Origin: Armatimonadota bacterium
Lineage (GTDB): Bacteria > Armatimonadota > HRBIN16
Assembly (NCBI GenBank): GCA_963677485.1
Contig: OY781964.1
Span: 4,032,001 to 4,096,000, forward strand
Length of the DNA stretch: 64,000 bases
Reading direction: 5' to 3'
Part shown: piece after piece, positions 49,217-57,708 of the stretch
Numbering within the stretch: the stretch's first letter is position 1
Layout: the number at the start of each line of letters is the position of its first letter
Position numbers and translations under genes: made by a program
Notes under the pieces: generated by a model
Databases searched by the model: none
Told to the model about the DNA's origin: nothing
The model's input: the letters and a program-made list of their open reading frames with translations, nothing else

Positions 49217-51985
49217 TCACCGCTCCGTCCAGATGGGTCTGCCCTGGCTGATCACGGTGACGTTTGCTCGGGTGCTCAAACCACCGTCGGCATCGGCCTT
49301 GAAACTCAGCCTGTTCACACCTGCCTTGAGGGAGGGGATATCTCCGACCGGCGTAATGTCGCGAATAAACTGACCGTCAGGGCCGTAGAGTTTACACTCC
49401 ATGGCGGATATCAGCTCAAGGTAGCTGCCGCTGGGCAGTTCCACCGGAAAAGTGATGCTCTGTCCGCCAAGGGTGACCCTCGGATTTATGATCCTGGCTG
49501 CCAGCAACGGCAACGCCTTCACCGCGCTGATGTGGCACGAGACGCCTCCGTTCGCGGGCAGGTTGTTGACCCAGATACGCAGGTTTTGGATACCGGCGAA
49601 GTCCACGGATTCGCGGAATGTCGGATAGGGCCCTCCATATGGCCACTGGTAATCCAACCAGCGGTCACCCTCCGTCTCGATCAGCTCCACATATCTCCAA
49701 CCAGTGAAGTCGACGGTCAAATAGTGCTCGCTGAAAGCCGCACTGATGTGCTCCGGTGACTTCAACTGGAAGTTGAGCAGTTCGCCCTTGCCGTCGCCAT
49801 GCACCCAGATACCCAGTGCCCTCTTGGCTGAGATATCACGCCATGGTGTGAATGCACTGCCAACATACGCCCATGAGCCTTCTCGCTTTGGGTTGGCATT
49901 GACGGCGGACAACTCCACAGCCTTCAGGCCAGCCGTTGGGTGGAGGTTGGAATCCGCGAGGCTGACAGACACGCCAGCGGCCGCAGCCTTGTCTGGGCAG
50001 GAGGCTGATAGCGAGGGATCGAGCAGCACCACACTTTCTGGCGAATCATAAGCCGCTGCGGACATCAAGGCCTCGATTCGTAGCTTGAGCGGCTGCGGCT
50101 CGTGGCCGTTGGTGACCGACCACTCTGCGCTTCCATCGCGGCTGCCCGTGACTTTGTGTTTTGAGTAATTCACCGGCGACAGGCTGCGCTTGCCATGGCG
50201 ATCGGTGCTGAGTGTGTGCTCAGCTCCTGGCACGGCGAGTTTGGCCAGCACGGCCGCAGGAAGCTTGTGGGCATGGCGCAACTGCTCGTAGCTCTTGAAG
50301 ATACCGGCGAGTCGGGCGATTCCGGGTTTGGCTTTATAGGTCTCCGGGTCGATGCCCATCAGGGCCAGTCCTGTGTCTGTGGCAAGTGCCTTGCCGGCGA
50401 GATACTCGATGTCATCGGGGAATGTCGGCTCGGTGTCGGGGCTGGTCCAACCTTTTGCTGCCCACCAGCCCAACTGAGCGGGCATGAACATTTTGGTGTA
50501 AGCCTCGTTATCCTTGCAGTGCATGTCGATGAACCGCTTGTGGCTGCGGTTGGGATGGTCCCAGGCCCCCAGCCGGCTGCGCAGATACCACAGGTGGTGG
50601 TGGAAGGTGCTCATCTCCATCAAAGCCGGTTTCTTGAGGCGCTTAGCGATTTCAAATACAAACTTCGAGCCGTAGTGCCAGCCATTCTCTGACCCAGCCA
50701 GGATGTCTTCACCATCGAGCGCGTCCAGGTAGATCATGTCAAAACCGCACGCATTATAGACCTCGGCGGTTTTCGCGGCCGCCTCTGTATAGAGCGTGGA
50801 ATCGCCATCGGGCACAAACAGACCAAAACACTCCTTCAGGTGATACAGCTTCGCTCCCGCAGGATGGGCCGCTGCTTTGGTGCCCAGTGCTCCGCGAGTG
50901 CAGCCGGTAAATCCCCAGGGCGCCGTTTTCGATGAGGCCGTGTAGGTGATCAGTTCGTTCTCGATGCGTAGGGTCACGCTGTTTCGGGTTTGGAAGCCCG
51001 TGATGTCCAGCATGGCGGCGGTCGATTCGTCTGTTGTGAGGCTGGTCGTATCCTGTGAAATTGGATTTGATAGGGTGAGGATGGCATCACTGGCCAGCCG
51101 TTTGTCGGGCACCGGCGTGACCCAAGGGCACTTCTTGTCGATGAAGAAAGCGTATGTGTGCAGCCCCGCTTTGATGCCCGCGCGGTGCAGCCGGTCGATG
51201 ACCGCCTTGAGGCTGGCGTAGCCGTTGGGATACATGTCCATATTGGGTTCGCAGTCGCCGAACCGGAAGGATGTGCCGCCATGAAAATCGAGCTGGTTGA
51301 AGCCGAGCGCTTTGATGACGGTGACCCACTCTACCACGCTCTTCTCGGTGACGTTGCCGAAGTTGAAGAGGTATGAGCCGCGGCTGTCCGGACTCTCCAT
51401 TGCCCAGGGACCGCCAAGCCGCGAGTGGGGGAGTTCCGGCGCAGATTCCACCGCCAGCTTCATCACCTCGCGCAGCTTTGGTGCGGGGCATCCGATGATC
51501 GCCACGCTCGCTCCCGCCAGACCAAACCGCGGGACGCATCCCGCCCAGAGGTGGCTGCTGGGCTGCGGCAGCTCCAGCACGTTGGTCTGCAGGTTGCGGG
51601 CCAGCGCGCAGGCCACGAAGGGCTCATCGGCTGTGGCCTTCATCTTCAACGGCAGGTCGATCAGCGTGAGCTCTTCGATTTGCTGGTCAGAAATGGAAAG
51701 CAGCTCCAGCACGAAGTGGCGTTTTAGTGCCTTCAAGGAGAACTCTGCCGTAATCCCCGAGCTGCCGAACAGCACCTTCAGCCGGTGGGCGGGACCGGAT
51801 ACCTGGGTGGCTGGGATGTCCACACCGTTCTTCCGCAGCCGTGCGAAGGGCGTTGGGTTCGCGGTGTCGCAGTAGTTGGTGCGGCTGCGTTTGTCGAGGA
51901 ACTCCACACTGCGTGCCTGCTGGTCCAGGGTGTAGCGGCAGTATTCGTTCTCGATGCTCAGTGTGTTGGCGGTTTGCTGGTTCAT
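49217..51985 (-). CDS. Large hypothetical protein, probable TIM-barrel glycoside hydrolase (GH36/clan D-like)
   Basis: 922 aa from MNQQ (GGAGG RBS); YPNGYASLKAVIDRLHRAGIKAGLHT and GFDMIYLDALD; C-terminal jelly-roll (GIWVHGDG..VDFTGWRY); no signal peptide. Confidence 0.6.
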   Translation of the reverse strand: MNQQTANTLSIENEYCRYTLDQQARSVEFLDKRSRTNYCDTANPTPFARLRKNGVDIPATQVSGPAHRLKVLFGSSGITAEFSLKALKRHFVLELLSISDQQIEELTLIDLPLKMKATADEPFVACALARNLQTNVLELPQPSSHLWAGCVPRFGLAGASVAIIGCPAPKLREVMKLAVESAPELPHSRLGGPWAMESPDSRGSYLFNFGNVTEKSVVEWVTVIKALGFNQLDFHGGTSFRFGDCEPNMDMYPNGYASLKAVIDRLHRAGIKAGLHTYAFFIDKKCPWVTPVPDKRLASDAILTLSNPISQDTTSLTTDESTAAMLDITGFQTRNSVTLRIENELITYTASSKTAPWGFTGCTRGALGTKAAAHPAGAKLYHLKECFGLFVPDGDSTLYTEAAAKTAEVYNACGFDMIYLDALDGEDILAGSENGWHYGSKFVFEIAKRLKKPALMEMSTFHHHLWYLRSRLGAWDHPNRSHKRFIDMHCKDNEAYTKMFMPAQLGWWAAKGWTSPDTEPTFPDDIEYLAGKALATDTGLALMGIDPETYKAKPGIARLAGIFKSYEQLRHAHKLPAAVLAKLAVPGAEHTLSTDRHGKRSLSPVNYSKHKVTGSRDGSAEWSVTNGHEPQPLKLRIEALMSAAAYDSPESVVLLDPSLSASCPDKAAAAGVSVSLADSNLHPTAGLKAVELSAVNANPKREGSWAYVGSAFTPWRDISAKRALGIWVHGDGKGELLNFQLKSPEHISAAFSEHYLTVDFTGWRYVELIETEGDRWLDYQWPYGGPYPTFRESVDFAGIQNLRIWVNNLPANGGVSCHISAVKALPLLAARIINPRVTLGGQSITFPVELPSGSYLELISAMECKLYGPDGQFIRDITPVGDIPSLKAGVNRLSFKADADGGLSTRANVTVISQGRPIWTER

Positions 51986-52073
51986 GGCGGCCTCCGAGGG
52001 CGTGGGCTGTGCTGATGTGTTCAGTTTACCTGATAGCGGTGAGGATGGTTTAACCACAGATGGCAGGGGGGAA

Positions 52074-52238
52074 TGTCTGAACCACGGATTACGCGGATTT
52101 ATAGGATTACACGGATGGAGAGCAAGGGAACGGGATTGTGCGCCTCTCCTCTCCATCCGAACCCATCCGTGTCATCCGTGTAATCCGTGGTTCAGACAAC
52201 CCTCTCCACCCTCCGCGACCTCCGCGTCTCAGCGTGAG
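52074..52238. repeat. 125-bp inverted-repeat element built of 9-mer tandem units, plus adjacent 8/9-mer arm
   Basis: Perfect 19-bp TGTCTGAACCACGGATTAC (52074-52092) / GTAATCCGTGGTTCAGACA (52180-52198); inner CGGATGGAGAG / CTCTCCATCCG; then CTCCGCGAC-CTCCGCGT-CTCAGCGTGAG (52211-52238). Confidence 0.9.
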
Positions 52239-52349
52239 GCAAATCCCCCTCCTCGGGAGCGGTTTTCCTCACGCGGTTTGACAGCGATGCTCCACTTTCG
52301 TTACACTAAAGCGATATGGTGCCGTATTTTACCCAAACTGGAGGTGGCT

Positions 52350-53360
52350 ATGAGCTCAACACGAAACGACGTTCTTCTGACACTTGCTCATAAGCAACCG
52401 AGCAGAACCCCGTATGATATAGGATTTACACAGCACGCCTGGAAGGCTTTCGTAGAATACGCTGGCGAAGGCGTCAGTTCGCAGATACATAACTGCCTGA
52501 CCACCGGCAACCTCAGCTCTGCCAATGCCTGGAAGGATTTGGGATCCGACATATGGTCAGATGAGTTTGGAGTGAAGTGGAACCGCTCGATTGACCCGGA
52601 CATCGGCAATGTTTGCAACGAGCTGGTGACGCCCGATACGCTGGACGATTATGTGTTCCCGGATGCGAACGACCCCAGCCGCACCGAATGGTATAAGCAG
52701 GTCTGCCCTGACAAGGTCGCAAATGACCAGTTCATCGTGGCCAACCTGGGCTTCAGCCTGTTCGAGCGTGCCTGGACCATGACTGGCTTTGAGCAGTTCA
52801 TCGCTGACCTTCTTGAGGAGCCTGAGTTTGCTGAAAAGCTGCTGGACAGGATTTTAGAGTATAACCTGAAGGTCATACACAATGTCTGCCAGTATGATGT
52901 GGACGCCGTGATGTTCGGCGACGACTGGGGCACCCAGACTGGACTGATCACCGGCCCGCGGATTTGGCGAAATGTGATCAAGCCGCGCATCCGTGAGATG
53001 TATCAAGCGGTGAAGTCGCACGGCAAGTTCGTGTTTATTCACAGTTGCGGTAAAGTCACGGAGCTGTTCCCAGACCTGATCGAATGCGGACTGGACTGCT
53101 TCAACCCGTTCCAGCCGGAAGTGATCGATGTGGCGCAGGCCAAGAAGGATTTCGGCGACCGGCTGAGCTTCTATGGCGGCATCAGCACCCAGCGCACGCT
53201 GCCCTACGGCACCGTGCAGCAGGTTCGGGATGAGACAAAGAGACTGATCGATATCGTAGGGAAAGACGGTGGGCTGATTGCCTCGCCTGCTCACGCGATT
53301 CCTGGCGACGCCAAACCGGAGAACATCATGGCTATGCTCGATGTTCTCAATAACCAATAG
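52350..53360 (+). CDS. UroD/MetE-like family protein (MtaA/CmuA-type TIM barrel)
   Basis: DEFGVKW, SLFERAW, FGDDWGTQ, FIHSCG, NPFQPE, YGGISTQ, PAHAI..PENI; GGAGG RBS. Confidence 0.88.
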   Translation: MSSTRNDVLLTLAHKQPSRTPYDIGFTQHAWKAFVEYAGEGVSSQIHNCLTTGNLSSANAWKDLGSDIWSDEFGVKWNRSIDPDIGNVCNELVTPDTLDDYVFPDANDPSRTEWYKQVCPDKVANDQFIVANLGFSLFERAWTMTGFEQFIADLLEEPEFAEKLLDRILEYNLKVIHNVCQYDVDAVMFGDDWGTQTGLITGPRIWRNVIKPRIREMYQAVKSHGKFVFIHSCGKVTELFPDLIECGLDCFNPFQPEVIDVAQAKKDFGDRLSFYGGISTQRTLPYGTVQQVRDETKRLIDIVGKDGGLIASPAHAIPGDAKPENIMAMLDVLNNQ

Positions 53361-53393
53361 TACACAGAGTAAGAAGAGGAACCGCAACACCTG

Positions 53394-54749
53394 ATGTTTG
53401 AAAATCTAGGCAAAAAGATGCAGGATCTCTTCCGGCGGATGAAAGACCGCGGGAAGCTGACCGAATCTGATGTCAACGAGATACTTCGTGAAGTGCGTGT
53501 AGCGCTTCTGGAGGCGGATGTCAACTTCAAGGTGGTCAAGGAGTTCATCGCTGCGATCAAGGAGAAGGCGATCGGCACCGAGGTGCTGGAAAGCCTGACC
53601 CCTGACCAGCAGGTGGTCAAGATCGTCCATGACCAGTTGGTGGAAATGCTGGGAACTCAAGCGGAGCCGCTGAAGTATTCGCCCAGGCCTCCCACAGTGC
53701 TGCTGTTGTGCGGTTTGCAGGGAAGTGGTAAAACCACCACCGCAGCCAAACTGGGCGTGTATTACAAGAAGCAGGGACGCAACCCTCTGCTGGTGGCCTG
53801 TGACCTTCAACGCCCGGCGGCTGTGAAGCAGCTTCAGGTTTTGGGCGAGCAGACCAAAACCCCTGTGTTCGTGATGCCAGGTGAGACCGACCCAGTGAAA
53901 GTGGCGCAAGCTGCGGTGGCTTGGGCTCCCAAGAACGGCTGCGACATCGTGATCCTGGACACGGCAGGCCGACTGCACGTGGACGAGGATCTGATGGACC
54001 AGGTGCGCCGAGTCAAGTCGACCACCAACCCGGCGGAAACACTGCTGGTGCTGGATGCCATGACCGGGCAGGATGCGGTTCGTGTGGCGGAAGAGTTCAA
54101 CAAAGCTCTAGACGTGGACGGCTTCATCATGTCGAAGCTGGATGGCGATACCCGAGGTGGAGCGGCCATCAGCATCCGCGCAGTGGTGGGCAAGCCCATC
54201 AAGATGTGCGGCATCAGCGAAAAGAATGACGGTCTTGAGATATTCCACCCAGACCGGATGGCTGGCCGAATTTTAGGAATGGGCGACGTGCTCACCTCCA
54301 TCGAGACGGTGTTGGGCAGCATCGACCAAGACGCCATGGCGGACAGTATGAAGCGGCTGCAGGATGGCGGCGGCTTCACGATGAATGAGTTCCTGGCGCA
54401 GTTGCGGCAGGTGCAAAAGCTTCCTATCAAGCGGTTGATGAGCATGATCCCGGGCATGCCGGCGATGCCGGATGGCTTTGACGTCAACCCAAAAGATTTG
54501 AAACGCATAGAGGCGATCATCCTATCGATGACCAACCTCGAACGCGTGAGACCGGATTTGATCAACGGTTCGCGGCGGCGGCGTATAGCCAAAGGCTCTG
54601 GGACTACCGTGCAGCAGGTAAATGAACTGATGGCACAGTATGCACAGATCAAGAAGATGTTCAAAAAAGTGAATGTCATGCAAAAAGACGCGAAACAGTT
54701 GAAGAGGCAAGTGAACAAAGGCATGCCTCGCTTCCCATTTGGCAAATAA
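53394..54749 (+). CDS. ffh: Signal recognition particle protein
   Basis: ALLEADV, GLQGSGKTT, DTAGRLH, DAMTGQDA, KLDGDTRGG, RILGMGD, AIILSMT, SRRRRIAKGSG. Confidence 0.98.
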   Translation: MFENLGKKMQDLFRRMKDRGKLTESDVNEILREVRVALLEADVNFKVVKEFIAAIKEKAIGTEVLESLTPDQQVVKIVHDQLVEMLGTQAEPLKYSPRPPTVLLLCGLQGSGKTTTAAKLGVYYKKQGRNPLLVACDLQRPAAVKQLQVLGEQTKTPVFVMPGETDPVKVAQAAVAWAPKNGCDIVILDTAGRLHVDEDLMDQVRRVKSTTNPAETLLVLDAMTGQDAVRVAEEFNKALDVDGFIMSKLDGDTRGGAAISIRAVVGKPIKMCGISEKNDGLEIFHPDRMAGRILGMGDVLTSIETVLGSIDQDAMADSMKRLQDGGGFTMNEFLAQLRQVQKLPIKRLMSMIPGMPAMPDGFDVNPKDLKRIEAIILSMTNLERVRPDLINGSRRRRIAKGSGTTVQQVNELMAQYAQIKKMFKKVNVMQKDAKQLKRQVNKGMPRFPFGK

Positions 54750-54774
54750 CGAATGAAGAAAGGAGGAGGGAAAT

Positions 54775-55059
54775 TTGGCTGTAAAAATCAGACTTCGACG
54801 CATGGGCGCTAAAAAGCGACCGTTCTACCGAATTGTTGTTACGCCCAGCACCAACCCTCGCGACGGCGGTTTCATCGAGAACATAGGGTTCTACAACCCG
54901 ATCACTGATCCGGCCGAGGTTAAGGTGAACGCTGAGCGAGCGATCTATTGGCTCAGCAAAGGCGCAATTCCGACGGAAACTGTCACCAGCATCCTTAGGA
55001 AGCAGGGCGTATATGACGCCATCGCTGCCAGCAAGGCTGCCGAAACTACCGAAGCCTAA
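54775..55059 (+). CDS. rpsP: 30S ribosomal protein S16
   Basis: [34 protein letters not shown]; TTG start with GGAGG RBS. Confidence 0.98.
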   Translation: MAVKIRLRRMGAKKRPFYRIVVTPSTNPRDGGFIENIGFYNPITDPAEVKVNAERAIYWLSKGAIPTETVTSILRKQGVYDAIAASKAAETTEA

Positions 55060-55122
55060 GACGGGTTTCTAAAGCAATACACCCCTCAGCCGATGTACTG
55101 AGGCCGATAAGGAGATTACAAC

Positions 55123-55353
55123 TTGAAGAAGATCATCGAATACCTCGTAAAAGAGATCGTCGATCAACCTGAGAAGGTGCAGATTCGCGAGACCGAGAGC
55201 GATGGCGTGGTGAACCTGGAGGTGGTAGTTTCCCAAACCGACATCGGGAAAGTCATCGGCAGGCAGGGGCGTATCGCTAATGATCTGAGAACAATCGCCA
55301 AAATTGCCGCGACGAAGCAGAAGAAGCGTGTCTTCTTGGACATCGTTGCTTAG
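55123..55353 (+). CDS. khpA: KH-domain RNA-binding protein
   Basis: LVKEIVDQPEKV, DIGKVIGRQGR; position after rpsP. Confidence 0.93.
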   Translation: MKKIIEYLVKEIVDQPEKVQIRETESDGVVNLEVVVSQTDIGKVIGRQGRIANDLRTIAKIAATKQKKRVFLDIVA

Positions 55354-55389
55354 GAGTGTTGGCTGACACTCTCACCGTCTGAATATATA

Positions 55390-55425
55390 GGCCGGCGTGA
55401 CCCTTAACGCCGGCCCGCTTTTTTT
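55390..55425 (+). terminator. Rho-independent terminator between khpA and rimM
   Basis: GGCCGGCGT-gaccctta-ACGCCGGCC then cgc and T7. Confidence 0.75.
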
Positions 55426-55480
55426 GCCCTATGTAGCACCGCTCTCGAGTACAATGCGGCCCGTATTATGTTGGATACGC

Positions 55481-55565
55481 TCGTAGGGGCCACCCTTGTG
55501 GTGGCCCTAAACGTTGTTCATTCGATAGGTCTTGTTTAGGGCCACCACAAGGGTGGCCCCTACGA
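55481..55565. repeat. GTAG-type REP doublet (REPIN)
   Basis: Perfect 32-bp IR TCGTAGGGGCCACCCTTGTGGTGGCCCTAAAC (55481-55512) / 55534-55565; each arm is itself a GGGCCACC..GGTGGCCC hairpin preceded by GTAG. Confidence 0.92.
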
Positions 55566-55596
55566 CCAGTGACTTTCAAGGAGAATTCGATCGTAT

Positions 55597-56115
55597 ATGC
55601 AAGACCAACCCAAGTGGCGCACCATCGGTGCCATCACACGAACACACGGTCTGGCTGGTCAGGTGTTTGTGTTTCCCCTGACGGATTTCCCAGATCGCTT
55701 CAAAAAGGGCACTAAAGTCCAACTGCAGGATTCCAAGGGTAACCTGAAACCTGTGGTTATTACCGACTGCTCGAAATTCAAGAACGGCTTTTTAGTTCTA
55801 TTTGACGTCTGCCACAGCATCGAACTGGCTGAGGAACTCAAAGGTGTCAACTTGGTTGTTGACTACGACGACCGCATGCCCATGCCTGATGAACAGACTT
55901 TTTATGTAGATGACATCGTAGGACTGAAAGTATATACAGATGACGGTAAATTCCTTGGAGTGATTTCTGAGGTACTGCCGAATCCAGCCAACGATATTTA
56001 CTGCATCGGCGACATCATGATTCCGGCTGTGAGTGAGTTCGTTCTGGACATCAACCTGGCTGAAAACAAGATGGTCGTCAAGATCATACCAGGGATGCTT
56101 CCAGAGGACGAGTAG
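55597..56115 (+). CDS. rimM: Ribosome maturation factor RimM
   Basis: IGAITRTHGLAG, AEELKG, FYVDDIVGL, PANDIY, MIPAV. Confidence 0.95.
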   Translation: MQDQPKWRTIGAITRTHGLAGQVFVFPLTDFPDRFKKGTKVQLQDSKGNLKPVVITDCSKFKNGFLVLFDVCHSIELAEELKGVNLVVDYDDRMPMPDEQTFYVDDIVGLKVYTDDGKFLGVISEVLPNPANDIYCIGDIMIPAVSEFVLDINLAENKMVVKIIPGMLPEDE

Positions 56116-56867
56116 TGCACATCGATATTGTCAGTACCTTTCCTGAGATGGTCGAAGCGGTCCTGGATGCCAGTATCGTGGGCAGAGCCAGGCGTACAGG
56201 CCTTTTACAGGCGGCGGCACTGAATCTGCGCGCGTTTACCCATGACCGTCACAACACCACCGACGATGAGCCTTTCGGCGGCGGTGCAGGCATGGTCATG
56301 AAGCCCGCACCCTTCTTCGAAGCGGTGGAGTATCTCAGCCAGCAGTGCGGCGGATGTGCTCATCGCGTGATTGTCACCACTCCGCAGGGACGCCCCTTCA
56401 CCCAACAGGTGGCGCAGGAACTGGCAGCCTGCCCGCATTTAATCATGCTCTGCGGCCACTATGAGGCGATCGATGAGCGTGTGAGTGAGCATCTTGCGAC
56501 GGATGAGATCAGTGTGGGTGACTATGTGCTCACCGGCGGCGAACTACCGGCTCTGGTCATGACCGATGCGATCGCACGGCTGTTACCGGAAGTGCTGGGC
56601 AACCCTGAATCGCTGAGCGACGAAACCTTCGCCGAACGGCTGTTAGGGTATCCGCAGTATACACGGCCTGCTGATTACAATGGGCACCCAATTCCCGAAG
56701 TGCTGCAGTCTGGCCATCACGCCAACATCGCCCAATGGCGCAGGCTTCAACGGATGGAGCGAACCAAGCGTTACCGACCCGACCTGTGGGCGGAGTTTGT
56801 GCCTACCAAAGATGATATCAAGATGCTGAAAAAGAAGGGTCGAACCGACCTGCTGGAAGGGAAATAA
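56115..56867 (+). CDS. trmD: tRNA (guanine-N1)-methyltransferase
   Basis: DDEPFGGGAGMVMK, LCGHYEAIDER, GDYVLTGGE, YPQYTRP. Confidence 0.97.
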   Translation: MHIDIVSTFPEMVEAVLDASIVGRARRTGLLQAAALNLRAFTHDRHNTTDDEPFGGGAGMVMKPAPFFEAVEYLSQQCGGCAHRVIVTTPQGRPFTQQVAQELAACPHLIMLCGHYEAIDERVSEHLATDEISVGDYVLTGGELPALVMTDAIARLLPEVLGNPESLSDETFAERLLGYPQYTRPADYNGHPIPEVLQSGHHANIAQWRRLQRMERTKRYRPDLWAEFVPTKDDIKMLKKKGRTDLLEGK

Positions 56868-56870
56868 TCT

Positions 56871-57629
56871 GTGCTGGGATTAGAAACAAATCAGTGGGTT
56901 GTGGGTTTGATCGCTGCCATGCTGATAGGAATCAGCAAAACCAGTGTCCCCGGTATTGGGATGCTGGCAGTTCCCTTGCTAGCCTACATATTCGGTGGCC
57001 GGATGTCGGTGGGTGTGATGCTTCCGATGCTGATTTTTGCAGACATCTGGGCTGTGAGCTGGTATCGCCAACATACCCAGTGGGATGCTATCGTCCGGCT
57101 GTTACCCTCCGTGCTGCTTGGTTTAGTTACCGGCGGGGCATACCTTGCGCTAGTCGCTCAGCGAAGCAACGGCACGCACTCTATGAATGTCACCATCGCG
57201 GTGATGGTGCTTGCCATGCTGGTGTTGAGCTATTTCAAGAGTTACAAACCGCACCACGGTGTGGGCAAAGTGGTGACTGGCGTGCTGGCTGGGTTCACCA
57301 CCACGGTATCGAATGCGGCCGGTTCCATCATGGCGATCTATTTAACCGCCTGTGGCATGAGCAAAGATCAGTTTGTGGGCACCAGTGCATGGTATTTCTT
57401 CATCGTGAATGTTTCTAAAGTGCCGATACTCATCGGGCTCAGTCTGGCGAACAGCAAATTCCCGTTTATGACGGGTACCAGCTTAAAGTTTGATTTATAC
57501 TGCATACCTGCCATACTTATAGGTGTATGGGCAGGAAGATGGCTGTTACCGCGCATCCCGCAGAAGGGGTTCAATGCGACTGTGCAAATTCTGGCAGCCG
57601 CCGGAGCCATCAAACTGCTGTTTCCCTGA
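56871..57629 (+). CDS. TauE/SafE family (sulfite exporter-like) membrane transporter
   Basis: GISKTSVPG, LPMLIFAD, GFTTTVSNAAG, FVGTSAWYFFIVNVSKVP; about 8 TM. Confidence 0.85.
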   Translation: MLGLETNQWVVGLIAAMLIGISKTSVPGIGMLAVPLLAYIFGGRMSVGVMLPMLIFADIWAVSWYRQHTQWDAIVRLLPSVLLGLVTGGAYLALVAQRSNGTHSMNVTIAVMVLAMLVLSYFKSYKPHHGVGKVVTGVLAGFTTTVSNAAGSIMAIYLTACGMSKDQFVGTSAWYFFIVNVSKVPILIGLSLANSKFPFMTGTSLKFDLYCIPAILIGVWAGRWLLPRIPQKGFNATVQILAAAGAIKLLFP

Positions 57630-57708
57630 GCAATATGGGCCTTGTGTCATGCAGTGCCCGTCTAATATAATATAAAACGCTGATCGTAACAATCATTGGA
57701 GTAACTTC

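Noticed and set aside
51954-52349. Long N-terminal extensions of ORFs 51954-53360 and 49217-52156 (likewise 27710-27895)
   Set aside because: They run through repeat elements; RBS-supported starts are at 52350, 51985 and 27896.
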